Made by a program: the position numbers and the translations under genes | Part shown: positions 11,385-22,780 of the stretch, piece by piece | Position numbering within the stretch: position 1 is the stretch's first letter | How the letters are laid out: each line of letters begins with the position of its first letter | The notes under the pieces: model-generated | What the model was told of the DNA's origin: nothing | The model's input: only the letters and a program-made list of their open reading frames with translations | Database searches by the model: none | Source of the DNA: Priapulus caudatus | Taxonomy: Eukaryota | Reading direction: 5' to 3' | Assembly: GCF_000485595.1 (NCBI RefSeq) | Contig: NW_014577066.1 | Coordinates: 1,150,637-1,186,668 of the forward strand | Length of the DNA stretch: 36,032 nt

Positions 11385-13478
11385 TATATAACGTTTTGCG
11401 TATTCAGTCTCGCTTTGTTTTCTTTCTCTACAAAATAGAACAATGTAAAGCTTATAGTTATATTGATAGTTTAGATTTCAAGTTTAATTTTCTCGTGACC
11501 TTTCATCTCAAGGTGCTTCTCGTATCGCAGGTGAAGGTTGTTGTTTCAGATCGCGAACAATCATCAAGGCAGACAAGATGCGAGACGCAGAGGTTCAGGC
11601 GAAGCAATCGCGTCGAACTTTGCCGCCGACAACATCCTTAAGTTTCTGCACCAAGCGCCAACGGCTTAACTGCTCCTTCTCCACCCGTCCGCCTAACCCG
11701 TCCCTCCTTCCAGCTTAAGCGCAAAGTTTGATCCGCCGAGCGAAAGGAGAGAATAATTATTTGTACATAAATTAAAAATTATTGCCGACGTCCGTTGTGA
11801 TTTTTTTTCAGCCTGAATAATGCCTAGTCGAATCGTGGCGTTATTTCTAAGCCACTTTGTACGATAACTAATGATAGTGGGTATATAATGAGATGATGAA
11901 GGTTTGCTGTCAAACAGCACGTATCGACTGCGATAAAATGCTACCTCTGTTTACAAATCGTCATCAGTCATGTAGACATAGTTCGGTGTCCTTCCCTAAG
12001 TACATTAGTTTAGCGTTTATAGGTCAATTGTGATAAATAGCCCATACACGCGTACGGGCCCGTTATAACAGGACGGTTAAAAGATTAAAAACCCAACGTT
12101 TATGTACTGGTTATTAACCACTATGGATACATAAATTCTGAAATTAGGTACGTTCTAATTAAAAACTACTGGTGTTTATCGGTTTGTGATTCAGTCACGC
12201 CCCTATCATAGCAATTCGTGTCAAATTGTTGTTCATTACTACTGTGTAATATACATTTACTAGTGGTATCTCGAATTATGTCGTATATTGGTGTCTGACA
12301 ATAAACCAATGGAGATAATAGAACCCTAAATTGTTTAGCTTATATTTATATTTATATCTTAATCTGTTTATATTTATAGGTTATCATTTATCATTTACAT
12401 TTCATTTACATTTACCATTTACATTTACTTATATATTTATATTTATAGTTTATAGTTTTATGTTTATATTTTTATTATGAGTTAGTATAACAATAATTTT
12501 AAAATGTTTTTTTCTTGCTAAAGTCAATGAGAACAGATATCAAATAATCTGTCTGTAACAACGTGTGTAAGTGTTTACCGGCTGCCATATCGAAATGCTC
12601 ACATCGTTATAAGCGTGTGTAAGATTATGAAGTATAGGTATATAGGTTCCTATATGCTTATAGTATATAGGAATAGAAGTACTAATAACAATTAAATTCG
12701 CTTGCATACACGCATTCACGCTGCCGGTTTAAACGGTATTTATAACTATGCAGGCATAAATATTACAAATGGCGACGGCGACAGTAGAATGAAGTGGTTG
12801 GAAGTAGAAAATCCAGTGAGAAGGCATTAGCGAACTTCCTACTGCAATTGGCCTCATCTCCTAACTTTATCTGTCCAGCGTTCAGAAAGGTTTAGATCGT
12901 TTAGGAATCTACCTGCTGTCTTTCTCTATCTATATACGTAGTTGGGTCATTACGACAGACCGGCGCGGGGAATGGGTCGAACACCGCCGTACAAGCTACT
13001 AAGCTGAGAGTTACCAAGGCCAAATTAGTCGCTAACCTCTCCCCCTTTATCTAAGGTGCCACGGATGAGCTTGGATATTAGAAGGGAGGGGAAGATTTAC
13101 TGAGGCTGCACCGGTAACTCATATAGCGTCTGAGTTAAGCAGCCGGAGACATGATTCTCCATGTCTGCGCGAATAGAAGGAAGAGTAAAGGTAAGGAAGT
13201 GAAAGGTTAGCGATAGATATTGTTTCCTTTACAACAGCGAGAGGGTCTACTCTTTGCGAACGGGAACTTCTCCATATCAGACGAAACTGCATAGGATCAG
13301 CACGTAATAGGGGTCAATTCAATGAGGAAGAAAGAATATATATTATTAACAAACTATTTAGTGACGCAACACGCGGTGCGATGACATCGAGTTGGATGAT
13401 TACGAAACGGTAAACATTCAATCATGTTAAGCGATGGAAAATTGATATCAGCAAACAAGTGGTGGTGTAAATTGTCCC
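11385..13478 (+). repeat. Indel-rich duplicate of ~15555-17627, including a frameshifted copy of the Vax last exon (11531-11731)
   Basis: Colinear with the clean copy (tcgtatcgcag|GTGAAGGT...AACATCCTTAAGTTTCTGCACCAAGCGCCAAC...), with dense 1-nt indels, ending at an N gap. Confidence 0.9.
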
Positions 13479-13503
13479 NNNNNNNNNNNNNNNNNNNNNN
13501 NNN

Positions 13504-13565
<62 letters not shown>

Positions 13566-14363
13566 ATCAGGGGGAGCATTGAATGCTTATATATTATATA
13601 TTCCCGCCTCGCTCACGCCATTAGCCATTTAATGAGGAAGAATTTGATTATGACAAATGTTGCAGTAAACGGAATGGTATAGATCGAACCAAGCCTCCCA
13701 TTAGTAACGATCATTTATACATTACTTTACAAATCGAGTTAAGCTAGCCGAAGTGTGCGTGCGTGAGCGCGTGAATGTGCTTGTGTGCGTGCGTGTGTGA
13801 TTGAGTGAACGTGAATCAATGTGTGCGTGTTTTATTTGCACTAGTGTGGTGCGCGTGTGTGAGCGCAGTGGTTGAGCCACCGAGAAATGGACACAGCGTG
13901 GGACGTATGGGAATGAATAAAGTACGAACGAAACTAAAACATTAGCGAACTGATTACATGTAGCGAGGAATCTTTCGCAACTAAAGCTGCCGGGTTTTCT
14001 GAATTTTCTTCTGGCTTTTTGAGGCGAGCAGCACTCGATCCACTCCCACGCGCGGTGAACACGTTTTCCCTATCTTCTTGTTTGTAGAATTGCTGGCATA
14101 TATATAAATATTTATTTATTTGTTTATTGATTTGTATATATATGTGTGTATGTGCATGTGCGTGTGCCTGTGCGTGTGCGTGCGCGTATGCGTCTGCGGA
14201 TGCGTTTGCGTTTCGTGTGCGTGTGTGTGTGCAGATAATCCTGGTAACTAACAATACACAAGTGTGTTCTATGCTTAGGCATTATTTTGACAATACACTG
14301 TGTATTGTCAGCGAGCTTTCAACAATACACTGTGTATTGTTGAACACCTTCTAACAATACACA

Positions 14364-14399
<36 letters not shown>

Positions 14400-15706
14400 C
14401 CAGGGCGTGTGGCGTGTGTGCTGCGTTTCCATCACGTGTAATTGATCGTTTGAAGTCTTCGGCGTTTTTCTCGATCATCAGCCTCCGTTGATACACCGAA
14501 GCTGCCGCTGCCGCTGGCAAACCATTGATGCTCGCGCGTACACGGCTTCTATCGCATCGACTGATAGCCCTACGCGAGCTGCGCATCACTGCTACTCTAC
14601 CACTCCCACCGCTATTCCAGCGTGCGTTGTTTCGTCATTGGATCTTGCTCGGTGCAATTTCTCTGCGCCCGAGTATTATCGATTTTGTTTAATTAAAGTT
14701 ATTTAATTTAAATAAATGAAATTAGTTTAAGGAGAATAATCGAATAAATATTAAGGTAATTATTTAAATAAATTAGATGGCTCGATGCACGCTAGCTTCT
14801 ATTACTGATCTATAATCAATTATAGAACATATATTATTGATTAATATTAGGATTATTAAATCTGCTAAAAATGATACGATATATAACTATAGGAAACTGA
14901 TCGATTGTCGTAGATATATTGATTATTTCAAACACTATATTTGTCGCATAAACCAGGGGGCTCAGAAACATTATGAATTGTTATGACGTCGTAAGATTGA
15001 AATGTCATAACTTTTAAACGGAAGTGTCATTTATGATAGATTTGTCAACGTACCCCTGGGGTATATAGCCACGAAAGGATGAAGAAGAAGATATAGACGC
15101 ATAGGCCGATATAATAATTATCATTAGGACTGTCAATTTCAATTAAGCTTGGGGATTAAATTACACACAAACGCGAAATCGCCAGTGGGTGTGACGTGCC
15201 AGTCAGTGAAAGCAATTAAATTCTTCAGCTAGCAGCTGCTAGCTGTACTTGTTAAGTTTGCGAAAACATGTTCCCGTATCGTGTTGACCGCGCGTATGTC
15301 GTGTTATATACCAAGGCTATATAGCGGGAGAGAATTTTCGCTTAAATTATTCACTCGCTCATTACGGCTGCGAACATTGACTTCAGAAATGATGAGAGAG
15401 ATGTAGATTCACATGTTTTTTTAGGTATCGATTCTTCGCCTAGGCCGCGATTAGGTTTAGATCATACTCATTGCCTGTGGTGGTGGTGGTGGTGGTGGTG
15501 GTGGTGGTGGCGTATGTGTGGATGTGTATGTGTATATGTAATAAATTATTACATATATACACGTTTGCGTATTCAGCGTTGCGCGTTCTCGTTTGTTTTC
15601 TTTCTCTGAAAAATAAACAATTTAACTTATAGTTATATTGATAGTTTAATTTCAAGTTGAATTTTCTCGTGACTTTCTCATCTCGAAGGGCTTTCTCGTA
15701 TCGCAG

Positions 15707-15910
15707 GTGAAGGTGTGGTTTCAGAATCGGCGAACCAAATACAAGCGAGACAAGATGCGAGATGCAGAGGTTCAGCAAAGCAATCGCGTCGACAACTATG
15801 CCGCCAACAACATCCTTAAGTTTCTGCACCAAGCGCCAACGGCCTTAACCTGCTCCTTCCCACCCGTCCCCTACCCGTCCCCATCCTTCCAGCTTAACCC
15901 AAAGTTCTGA
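15707..15910 (+). CDS. Vax: Vax homeobox gene, last coding exon (helix 3 and C-terminus)
   Basis: Acceptor ctttctcgtatcgcag. Encodes VKVWFQNRRTKYKRDKMRD...AANNILKFL...NPKF-stop, joining in phase 0 to ...LTETQ at the common Q|VKVWFQNRR intron position. Confidence 0.95.
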   Translation: MKVWFQNRRTKYKRDKMRDAEVQQSNRVDNYAANNILKFLHQAPTALTCSFPPVPYPSPSFQLNPKF

Positions 15911-16515
15911 TTCCGCCGAGCGAAAAGGAGAGAATAATTATTTGTACATAATTAAAAATTATTGCGCAACGTCCGTGTGTGTTTTTTTTCGCCTGAATAA
16001 ATGGCCTAGTCGAATCGTGGCGTTATTTCTAAGCTACTGTATGATAACTAATGATGTGGGTATATTATGAGATGATGAAGGTTTGTGTCAAAGCAGACGT
16101 ATCGACTGCGATAAAATGCTACTCTGTTTACAATCGTCATCATCATGTAGACATAGTTCGGTGTCCTTCCCTAAGCACATTAGTTTAGCTTAATAGTCAA
16201 TTGTGAAAATACACATAGGCCTACACGCGTACGGGCCCGTTAACAGGACGGTTAAAAGATTAAAAACCCAACCTTTTTGTATTGTTATTAAAACCACTAT
16301 GGATACATACAATTCTGAATTAGTTACGGTTCTAATTAAATACTACTGGTGTTTTACTCGCGTTGTGAATTCAGTCACGGCCCCCTATCATAGCAATTCG
16401 TGTCAAATTGTTGTCATACTACTGTGTAATATAATTACTATGGTATCTCTATCTATATGTGTATATCTGTGTCTCGACAATAAACAATGGAATAAATAAA
16501 CCCCTAAATTGTTAC

Positions 16516-16647
16516 TTATATTTATATTTATATTTATATTTATATTTATATTTACATTTACATTTACATTTACATTTACATTTACATTTACATTTACATT
16601 TACATTTATATTTATATTTATATTTATATTTATGTTTATATTTATAT
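16516..16647. repeat. Compound hexamer microsatellite (TATTTA)n(CATTTA)n(TATTTA)n in the Vax 3' region
   Basis: Directly visible. AATAAA hexamers occur at 15996 and 16491. Confidence 0.9.
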
Positions 16648-17636
16648 TATATTATATATACGAATAATTTTAAATGTTTTTTTTCTTGCTAAAGGCAATG
16701 AGAACAGATATCAAAATAATCTGTCTGTAACAAATGTGTAAAGTGCTACGGCTGCCATATTTCGAAAATGCTCACATCGTTATAAGCGTGTTGTAAGATT
16801 ATGAAGTATAGTATATATTCCTATATGCTTATTAGTATAGGAATAGAAGTACTAATAACAATAAATCGGCTGCAATAACGCATTCACGTGCGCGTTATAA
16901 ACGGTAATTATAACTACAGGCATAAAATATTACAAATGCCACGGCGACATAGGAATCGAAGTGGTTGGAGTAGAAATCCAGTGAGAAGGCAGTTAGCGAA
17001 ACTTCCTACTGCAATTGCCCTTCATCTCCTAACTTTATCTGTCAGCGTTCAGAAAGGTTTAGATGCGTTTAGGAAGCTACCTCTGTCTATTCTCTGTCTA
17101 TATACGTAGTTGGGTCATTACGACACACCGCCGCGGGGGATCGGTCGAACACCCGCTCTTACAAGGCTACTAAGCTGAGAGTCACCAGCCAATTAGTCGC
17201 AACCTTCTCCCCTTTATCTAAGGAGCCACGGACGACTTGGATTTAGAGGGGAGGGGAGAATTCACGAGGCTAGCACCGTAACTATATAGCGTTCTGATAG
17301 TTAAGCACCGAAGACATGACTTCTCCATTGTCTGCGCGAATAAGAAGGAAGAGTAAAGGTAAGGAAGTGAAAAGTAGAGAGATATTGTTTCCCTTACACA
17401 AGGAGAGGGTCTACTCTTCGAACAAGGAACTTTCTCCATATCAGACGAAACTCATAGGATCAGCACGTATAGGGGGTCCATCAATTAGCAAAAATATTAA
17501 TTATTAACAAACTATTTAGAGACGCAACACGCGGTGCGATGACATCAGTTGATGATTCACGAAACGGTAAAACATTCAATCATGTTAACGATGGAAAATT
17601 GTATCAGCAAAGTTGGTGTCATTGTCCATACTTCGT

Positions 17637-17702
<66 letters not shown>

Positions 17703-18199
17703 ACGATAAAAATTGAATTAGAGTGATTCTCGATTAGTATTCACTTTCAGAGAATGAATAAATATCTAAGGTTGCAGGCAGTGTTAGAAATAGGCGTAAA
17801 TATAATATTTATGAGTCAGGGGCGCGCGGCACGCACACACCGTTATGCCGCCACAGCGCCATCTGCGGGCCGTGAATGTTATAAATTTAACCTAATAACT
17901 TTGCCCGACATCATCAGTTCGTATTCATGATTAAATGGCTGTATGACAGTATTTTACGAATGCAATATGGTTGCTTATAGTAATAGTGCATAATATTTTG
18001 TAGTGAAGGTTGGTCACATGCATCAAGGTCATAGCTTACTGGTTTCGCTTAGAGGTACAAAGCCATGGGCGGTTTACGTCCTGGTTATTTGACCGAGAGC
18101 AGTTCTCTGATAGATGAGAAACTGTGATAATGACCTTGGCCTATTATCTTTGGTTCGCCGTTCCTCCTGTCAAGGTCTAATAAGGCAATAATTTCTTCT

Positions 18200-19950
18200 G
18201 CCCCCCCCAGCGAGCTAACGTGAGTTAGATGATAGGGAACAAACGTGTTTGTAAACCTTGAAATCTTCCAGACATCCGCACAGCGAGCTATATAGATGAT
18301 AGGGTAAGACGTGTTTGCGTGCATGACTACAATCTACTAACAGCGATCACACTTTGTCGGAAATATGCATTTAAAAAGGAGATGACATATTCGAAAATGC
18401 TTTTCTATGAAAAAAAATGCTACATGCACTACTACCTCTCTCGTGTATTAAGAGGGAGCCCAGTATTATCAACATCCCGTACATTTATCGTTGACGGTTG
18501 TCGACGTTGGTTTCGCCCGGGTAAGAAGTTGTGTATGATGCCAAACGAAATATATTATTTGAATAAATTTGTTGAAATTATATACCTATAGTGAGCACAC
18601 TTACTAAGGAGTAGTTAGATGTAAAAAATATTGACGGTAATCACTCACGTTGTTAATTATAAGGCAGCAATCATCCAAACCTCATTACATTACGTGTGAG
18701 AGATTACAGCTACAGACGTGTCCGCGCGCGTGCCTACTATCTGCCAATACAAATCAGATTTTGTTAGGCTTATGCATAGAAACAAGGAGAGGACAGACAC
18801 AGGAATACATATATTAAAAAAATCTTAAATGCCCTACTTTTCTAATGTTATAATAGGAAGGAGCTTAATCTTCTCTACATCCCGACTCCTTATATTTTTC
18901 GCTGGCGTTGGATGGCGCTAGTGTCGCGCATGGAAAGTGGTGAATGATGATGCTAAACGAAATATTTTAATATATAACTTTGTTTAAATTATATACATTT
19001 TGTGAGCACATACTCAGAAGTAGGTTGATATGAAATAAGTTGAGCGAGCTGATTCAGGTTAGGAATTATGAGCCGGAAAATTTCCCAAACCTCCTTACCA
19101 CGATCTTTTTTAGATCATATTTAGATCATATTTAGATCATATTTAGATCTTATTTAGATCATAGTATCAGACGTGTCTGCGTGCGCATGCTTACTGTCTG
19201 TCAACAGAAGTCCGATTTTTGTAATTAAAACGGAGTGGACATATTACGAAACCGGATATTATAAACATATGCATTGCCTCACTTGTATAATGGGAGGGCA
19301 CCCAATCTTTCCAATATCTCGAGCCTCTGCATTTTTTCGTTGCCGTTGGTCGGCGCTAGTGTCGCGCATAAGTAGTGTATTATGCTACAGAAAAATTAAT
19401 ATATTCATATAAATAATTTTCCTGAAATTATACACATGTAGTGAGCACCTGCTCGTGGATACCTAGATGTGAAGAATATTGATCCCAATAATTCGCTTAA
19501 TCAACTATATTGCAACAAATATTTCAGACACGCTGAGAAATTATGGAACAGACATGCCTGAGCGCATGATTACTATTCACTAACGGAAAATAGTATAATT
19601 TACTACGAACGTAGTAGTTAGATATGAAACATGTTCATCCCAATGACTCACTCCAGTAATTATAGGCGTAGAAAAACTTTCAAACGTTTTTAGAACAGGC
19701 GATGCATGATAGAATGAGATGTGTCCTCTACTCATGCCCACTATTTCCTAAAGAAAACCTCGTTTTGTTGTTTTTTTGCTAGAATTATGTGTTAAAGAAA
19801 TACGAGGACATACACATGAACAGGTTGTGTAAATATGTGAAACGCAATGTGTCTCTTACGTAATCACATTCAGCTTTATCTTCTCAACATCCCGCTTCCG
19901 TACATCTTTTTTTGCCGTTGGGCGGCGCTAGTGTCGCGCATGCGTGCATA
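18200..19950. repeat. Old, highly diverged tandem array with a ~410-440 bp unit (about 4 copies)
   Basis: Anchor GTGAGCAC (preceded by AAATTATA) at 18591/19002/19441, AGACGTGT near 18308/18714/19169, and GGCGCTAGTGTCGCGCAT at 18914/19352/19924. Confidence 0.75.
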
Positions 19951-19967
19951 GCAGTATGTATGTTAAT

Positions 19968-20148
19968 CAAAAGTACATAATTAAGATCAGAAGCGATTAA
20001 AAGAGAATTAATTCGCGGCCGTTTCCCCACACTCGAAAAAGCAGTGAAACTTGCTATCAGAGAGGCATCTATCGACCAAGAAGTAAGAATAGTACATCTC
20101 TACATCTCTATATCTCTACATCTCATACATCTCTATTATGTACTCTTG
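19968..20148. mobile_element. Short-TIR remnant (P-superfamily-like ends) with 8-bp TSD enclosing a Gypsy gag fragment
   Basis: ATGTTAAT|CAAAAGTACATAAT...ATTATGTACTCTTG|ATGTTAAT (13/14 TIR match). Interior 19982-20090 is nearly the reverse complement of gag ~26203-26311. Confidence 0.7.
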
Positions 20149-20415
20149 ATGTTAATATATGCGAGTAAGTGTAAAAGGAGTGCTTGTTGGACGAGTTAAA
20201 AGCAAGGTATATCAAGTAATAGGGTGGAGCCGTGGAGATGTCGATGAATGGACTTTGAAGTTAATAAAAAAAGTGGAAATTGCGGATTACTAGATGTGCG
20301 ATAAAAGAAGATAGAGCCAGCAGACAAATACAGATTGTGGAGGGTTAACTTATCAATAGATTATAACAATAAGTTTGAAAAATGCGACTAAACTATGCGA
20401 CGTGTATGATTATAT

Positions 20416-20462
20416 CAGGAGTAAGATAATATAGGATCTAATCCTATATTATCTTACTCCTG
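20416..20462. mobile_element. 47-bp perfect hairpin with 7-bp TSD (probable P-superfamily transposon excision footprint)
   Basis: ATTATAT|CAGGAGTAAGATAATATAGGAT-CTA-ATCCTATATTATCTTACTCCTG|ATTATAT. Confidence 0.7.
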
Positions 20463-20649
20463 ATTATATGACGGGCATTCAAACCCCCATGATAAAGCTG
20501 GCCTGAAGATTAGAAGGCTCATTCACAGTCAGCATGACAATGGCTATATATATGTCAGCATATCATATCACATCATATCATATATATATATATATGGCAT
20601 AGTATATAATTATACTGTGTGTGTGTGTGTGTGCTGTGTGTGTGTGTGT

Positions 20650-20720
<71 letters not shown>

Positions 20721-21323
20721 AGCATGATAGTAAGCTAGAACACACTCAGCATGACTATGACATTTTTTGAGTTACACAATATGGCAAGCAAAACATAATG
20801 CCATGTTCCCTTCACAAATCTTTTACTGTCACTCATCTAAAATATTAAAAATAACTCAAAAATATTAAAAGCAAAAATTTGGGTAGTTACTATAAGAAGA
20901 CGCTTGCGCGGGTAACCGTTTCCCGGAAGGAATTGGAATCGAGCTTTTCAAGCTTACATGACAACGAAATAATCCACTGGTCTGGATTCATATGCATATA
21001 AATCAGGAGTGGACGAAACATGTTTAATAAACATAAGGTTTTCTCGGTTCATACAATGCCCCTCGCCAATAATCGAATTAAATATATAATAATATACAAT
21101 CATATATATATATATATATATATTATATACATATAATGTCTTGAACGATTATCTTCAGCGTCGTACACGTGCATGCACACACACACACAACGCACACACG
21201 TACACACACACAACACGCACACGCACACAGCACACACGCACACGCACGAACGCACACACGCACACACGCACACACGTACACGCACACGCACACGCACACG
21301 CACACACACACACACACACACAA

Positions 21324-21489
21324 TGAAATGGCGTTTATGGTATGGTCGCAGTTGTGATGTACAATCCTTGCGTTGTGTTCTTGATTCGTCCGTGGATGTG
21401 TGATCGTATTAATGTCTTAGTTTATAAACCAATTCGTTGTTCGTTTCGTGTTGCGTTTCCGCTTGAAGGTGTCAGCTGCTCTTCTCTTC
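21324..21489 (-). mobile_element. Extra partial copy of the Gypsy LTR end, adjacent to a gap
   Basis: TGAAATGGCGTTTA...CCGCTTGAAGG matches 27697-27843. It could be a separate LTR or a redundant haplotype. Confidence 0.75.
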
Positions 21490-21524
21490 NNNNNNNNNNN
21501 NNNNNNNNNNNNNNCTCTCACTGT

Positions 21525-21750
21525 TCCCTCTCTCACGCTCCCACGTCCTCTCTCTGTCACCTTCCCTCTTTATCTCTCTGCTCCTCTCTTTCTCTCACTG
21601 TTCCCTCTCTCACGCTCCCACGTCCTCTCTCTGTCACCTTCCCTCTTTATCTCTCTGCTCCTCTCTTTCTCTCACTGTCCCCTCTCTCACGCTCCCACGT
21701 CCTCTCTCTGTCACCTTCCCTCTTTATCTCTCTGCTCCTCTCTTTCTCTC
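21525..21750. repeat. CT-rich ~79-bp tandem repeat, about 3 copies
   Basis: CTCTCACTGTTCCCTCTCTCACGCTCCCACGTCC... recurs three times. Confidence 0.85.
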
Positions 21751-21774
21751 TCTGCCCCTCGCTCTTTCTCTTTC

Positions 21775-22338
21775 TGAAATGGATTTATACGTGTTATTGC
21801 ATTAATGTCTTCGTTGCGATGTACAATCCTTGCGTTGTGTTCTTGATTCGTCGTAGATGTGTGATCGTATTAATGTCTTAGTTTATAAACCCAATTCGTT
21901 GTTCGTTTCGTGTTTGCGTTTCCGCTTGAAGGATGTCAGCTTCTCTTGTTTCTCGTGCGACGTAAGGCGGTGACGATGAAGATCACAGTAAAGATAACAC
22001 GTCTTAATTGTTGTAACAGATTAGCTAATTTATTCTACTCAGTGATTCCAAATACAGATTATATGCGTCTGATTACACACTACACAAAACCCGCGGCTGA
22101 GAAAGTCTGAAACTATCACTGCCGTGCGGCGACATATGTATTTACTCCAGCCTGAAAAGCTCTCTCTCGTGCGACGTACGCATTTGCTTTCTTGATCGCG
22201 TGGCGACCTGTCACGCGCGACGAGTTATTCCAGAACCTTCTACGGAAATATCGTCACGCACGACGAGTGACCTTCTCGAACCATCTACGAAAATGACGCT
22301 GTGCTTGCGGGCCCGAAAACCCGCGTAGCACGGCTACA
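21775..22338 (-). repeat. 3' LTR of the Gypsy element
   Basis: On the - strand it starts TGTAGCCG after GGTAGGGGGCGTG (PPT-like, 22339-22351) and ends ...CCATTTCA. Aligns with 27697-28228. Confidence 0.85.
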
Positions 22339-22568
22339 CACGCCCCCTACCAGAAAATGTTTCTCGACTCAATTGTCAAAAACAGGCGTCTCAAAATTTC
22401 CCCGTACTATTTGTACAATTATGCCGCGTATGCCGTTGCGCATAGCGTTTCGCGCTTACAACTAGTTTCAACTACTACTACTACTATGTGAATACGTGCA
22501 CTATGATCGCGATATGTGACCTAAAACTTTCCTTAACTAAGGTACCCTTAACCAACTTATATGAGCTT

Positions 22569-22780
22569 TACCGTGGCCTAGGACTGCCATAAAGAAAATT
22601 GCACTTTTTTCTTTTTTCAAATCAAAACAACTTTCAACTATCGCTGCCATAGCCTATCACTGCCATAGCCCACAATGCACTTCGACCTTTGATACAGCTG
22701 GTTCTGCTTACTTGTCAATTAAGTGACAGGCAAAGTGTATGGCATGTTTTTTGTTTCATAATTCGATTTTTTGTTTTATG
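22569..22780. mobile_element. End of an unclassified repeat family (TACCGTGGCCTAGGACTGCCATA...), probably a DNA-transposon terminus
   Basis: Reverse-complement copies at 29055-29239 and 35724-35910 and a partial copy at ~30364-30400, with internal CTGCCATAGC sub-repeats. Confidence 0.65.

Noticed and set aside
20598..20619. Small hairpin CATAGTATA-TAAT-TATACTGTG as a third P-like footprint
   Set aside because: It is short, imperfect, embedded between TA and TG microsatellites and has no flanking duplication.
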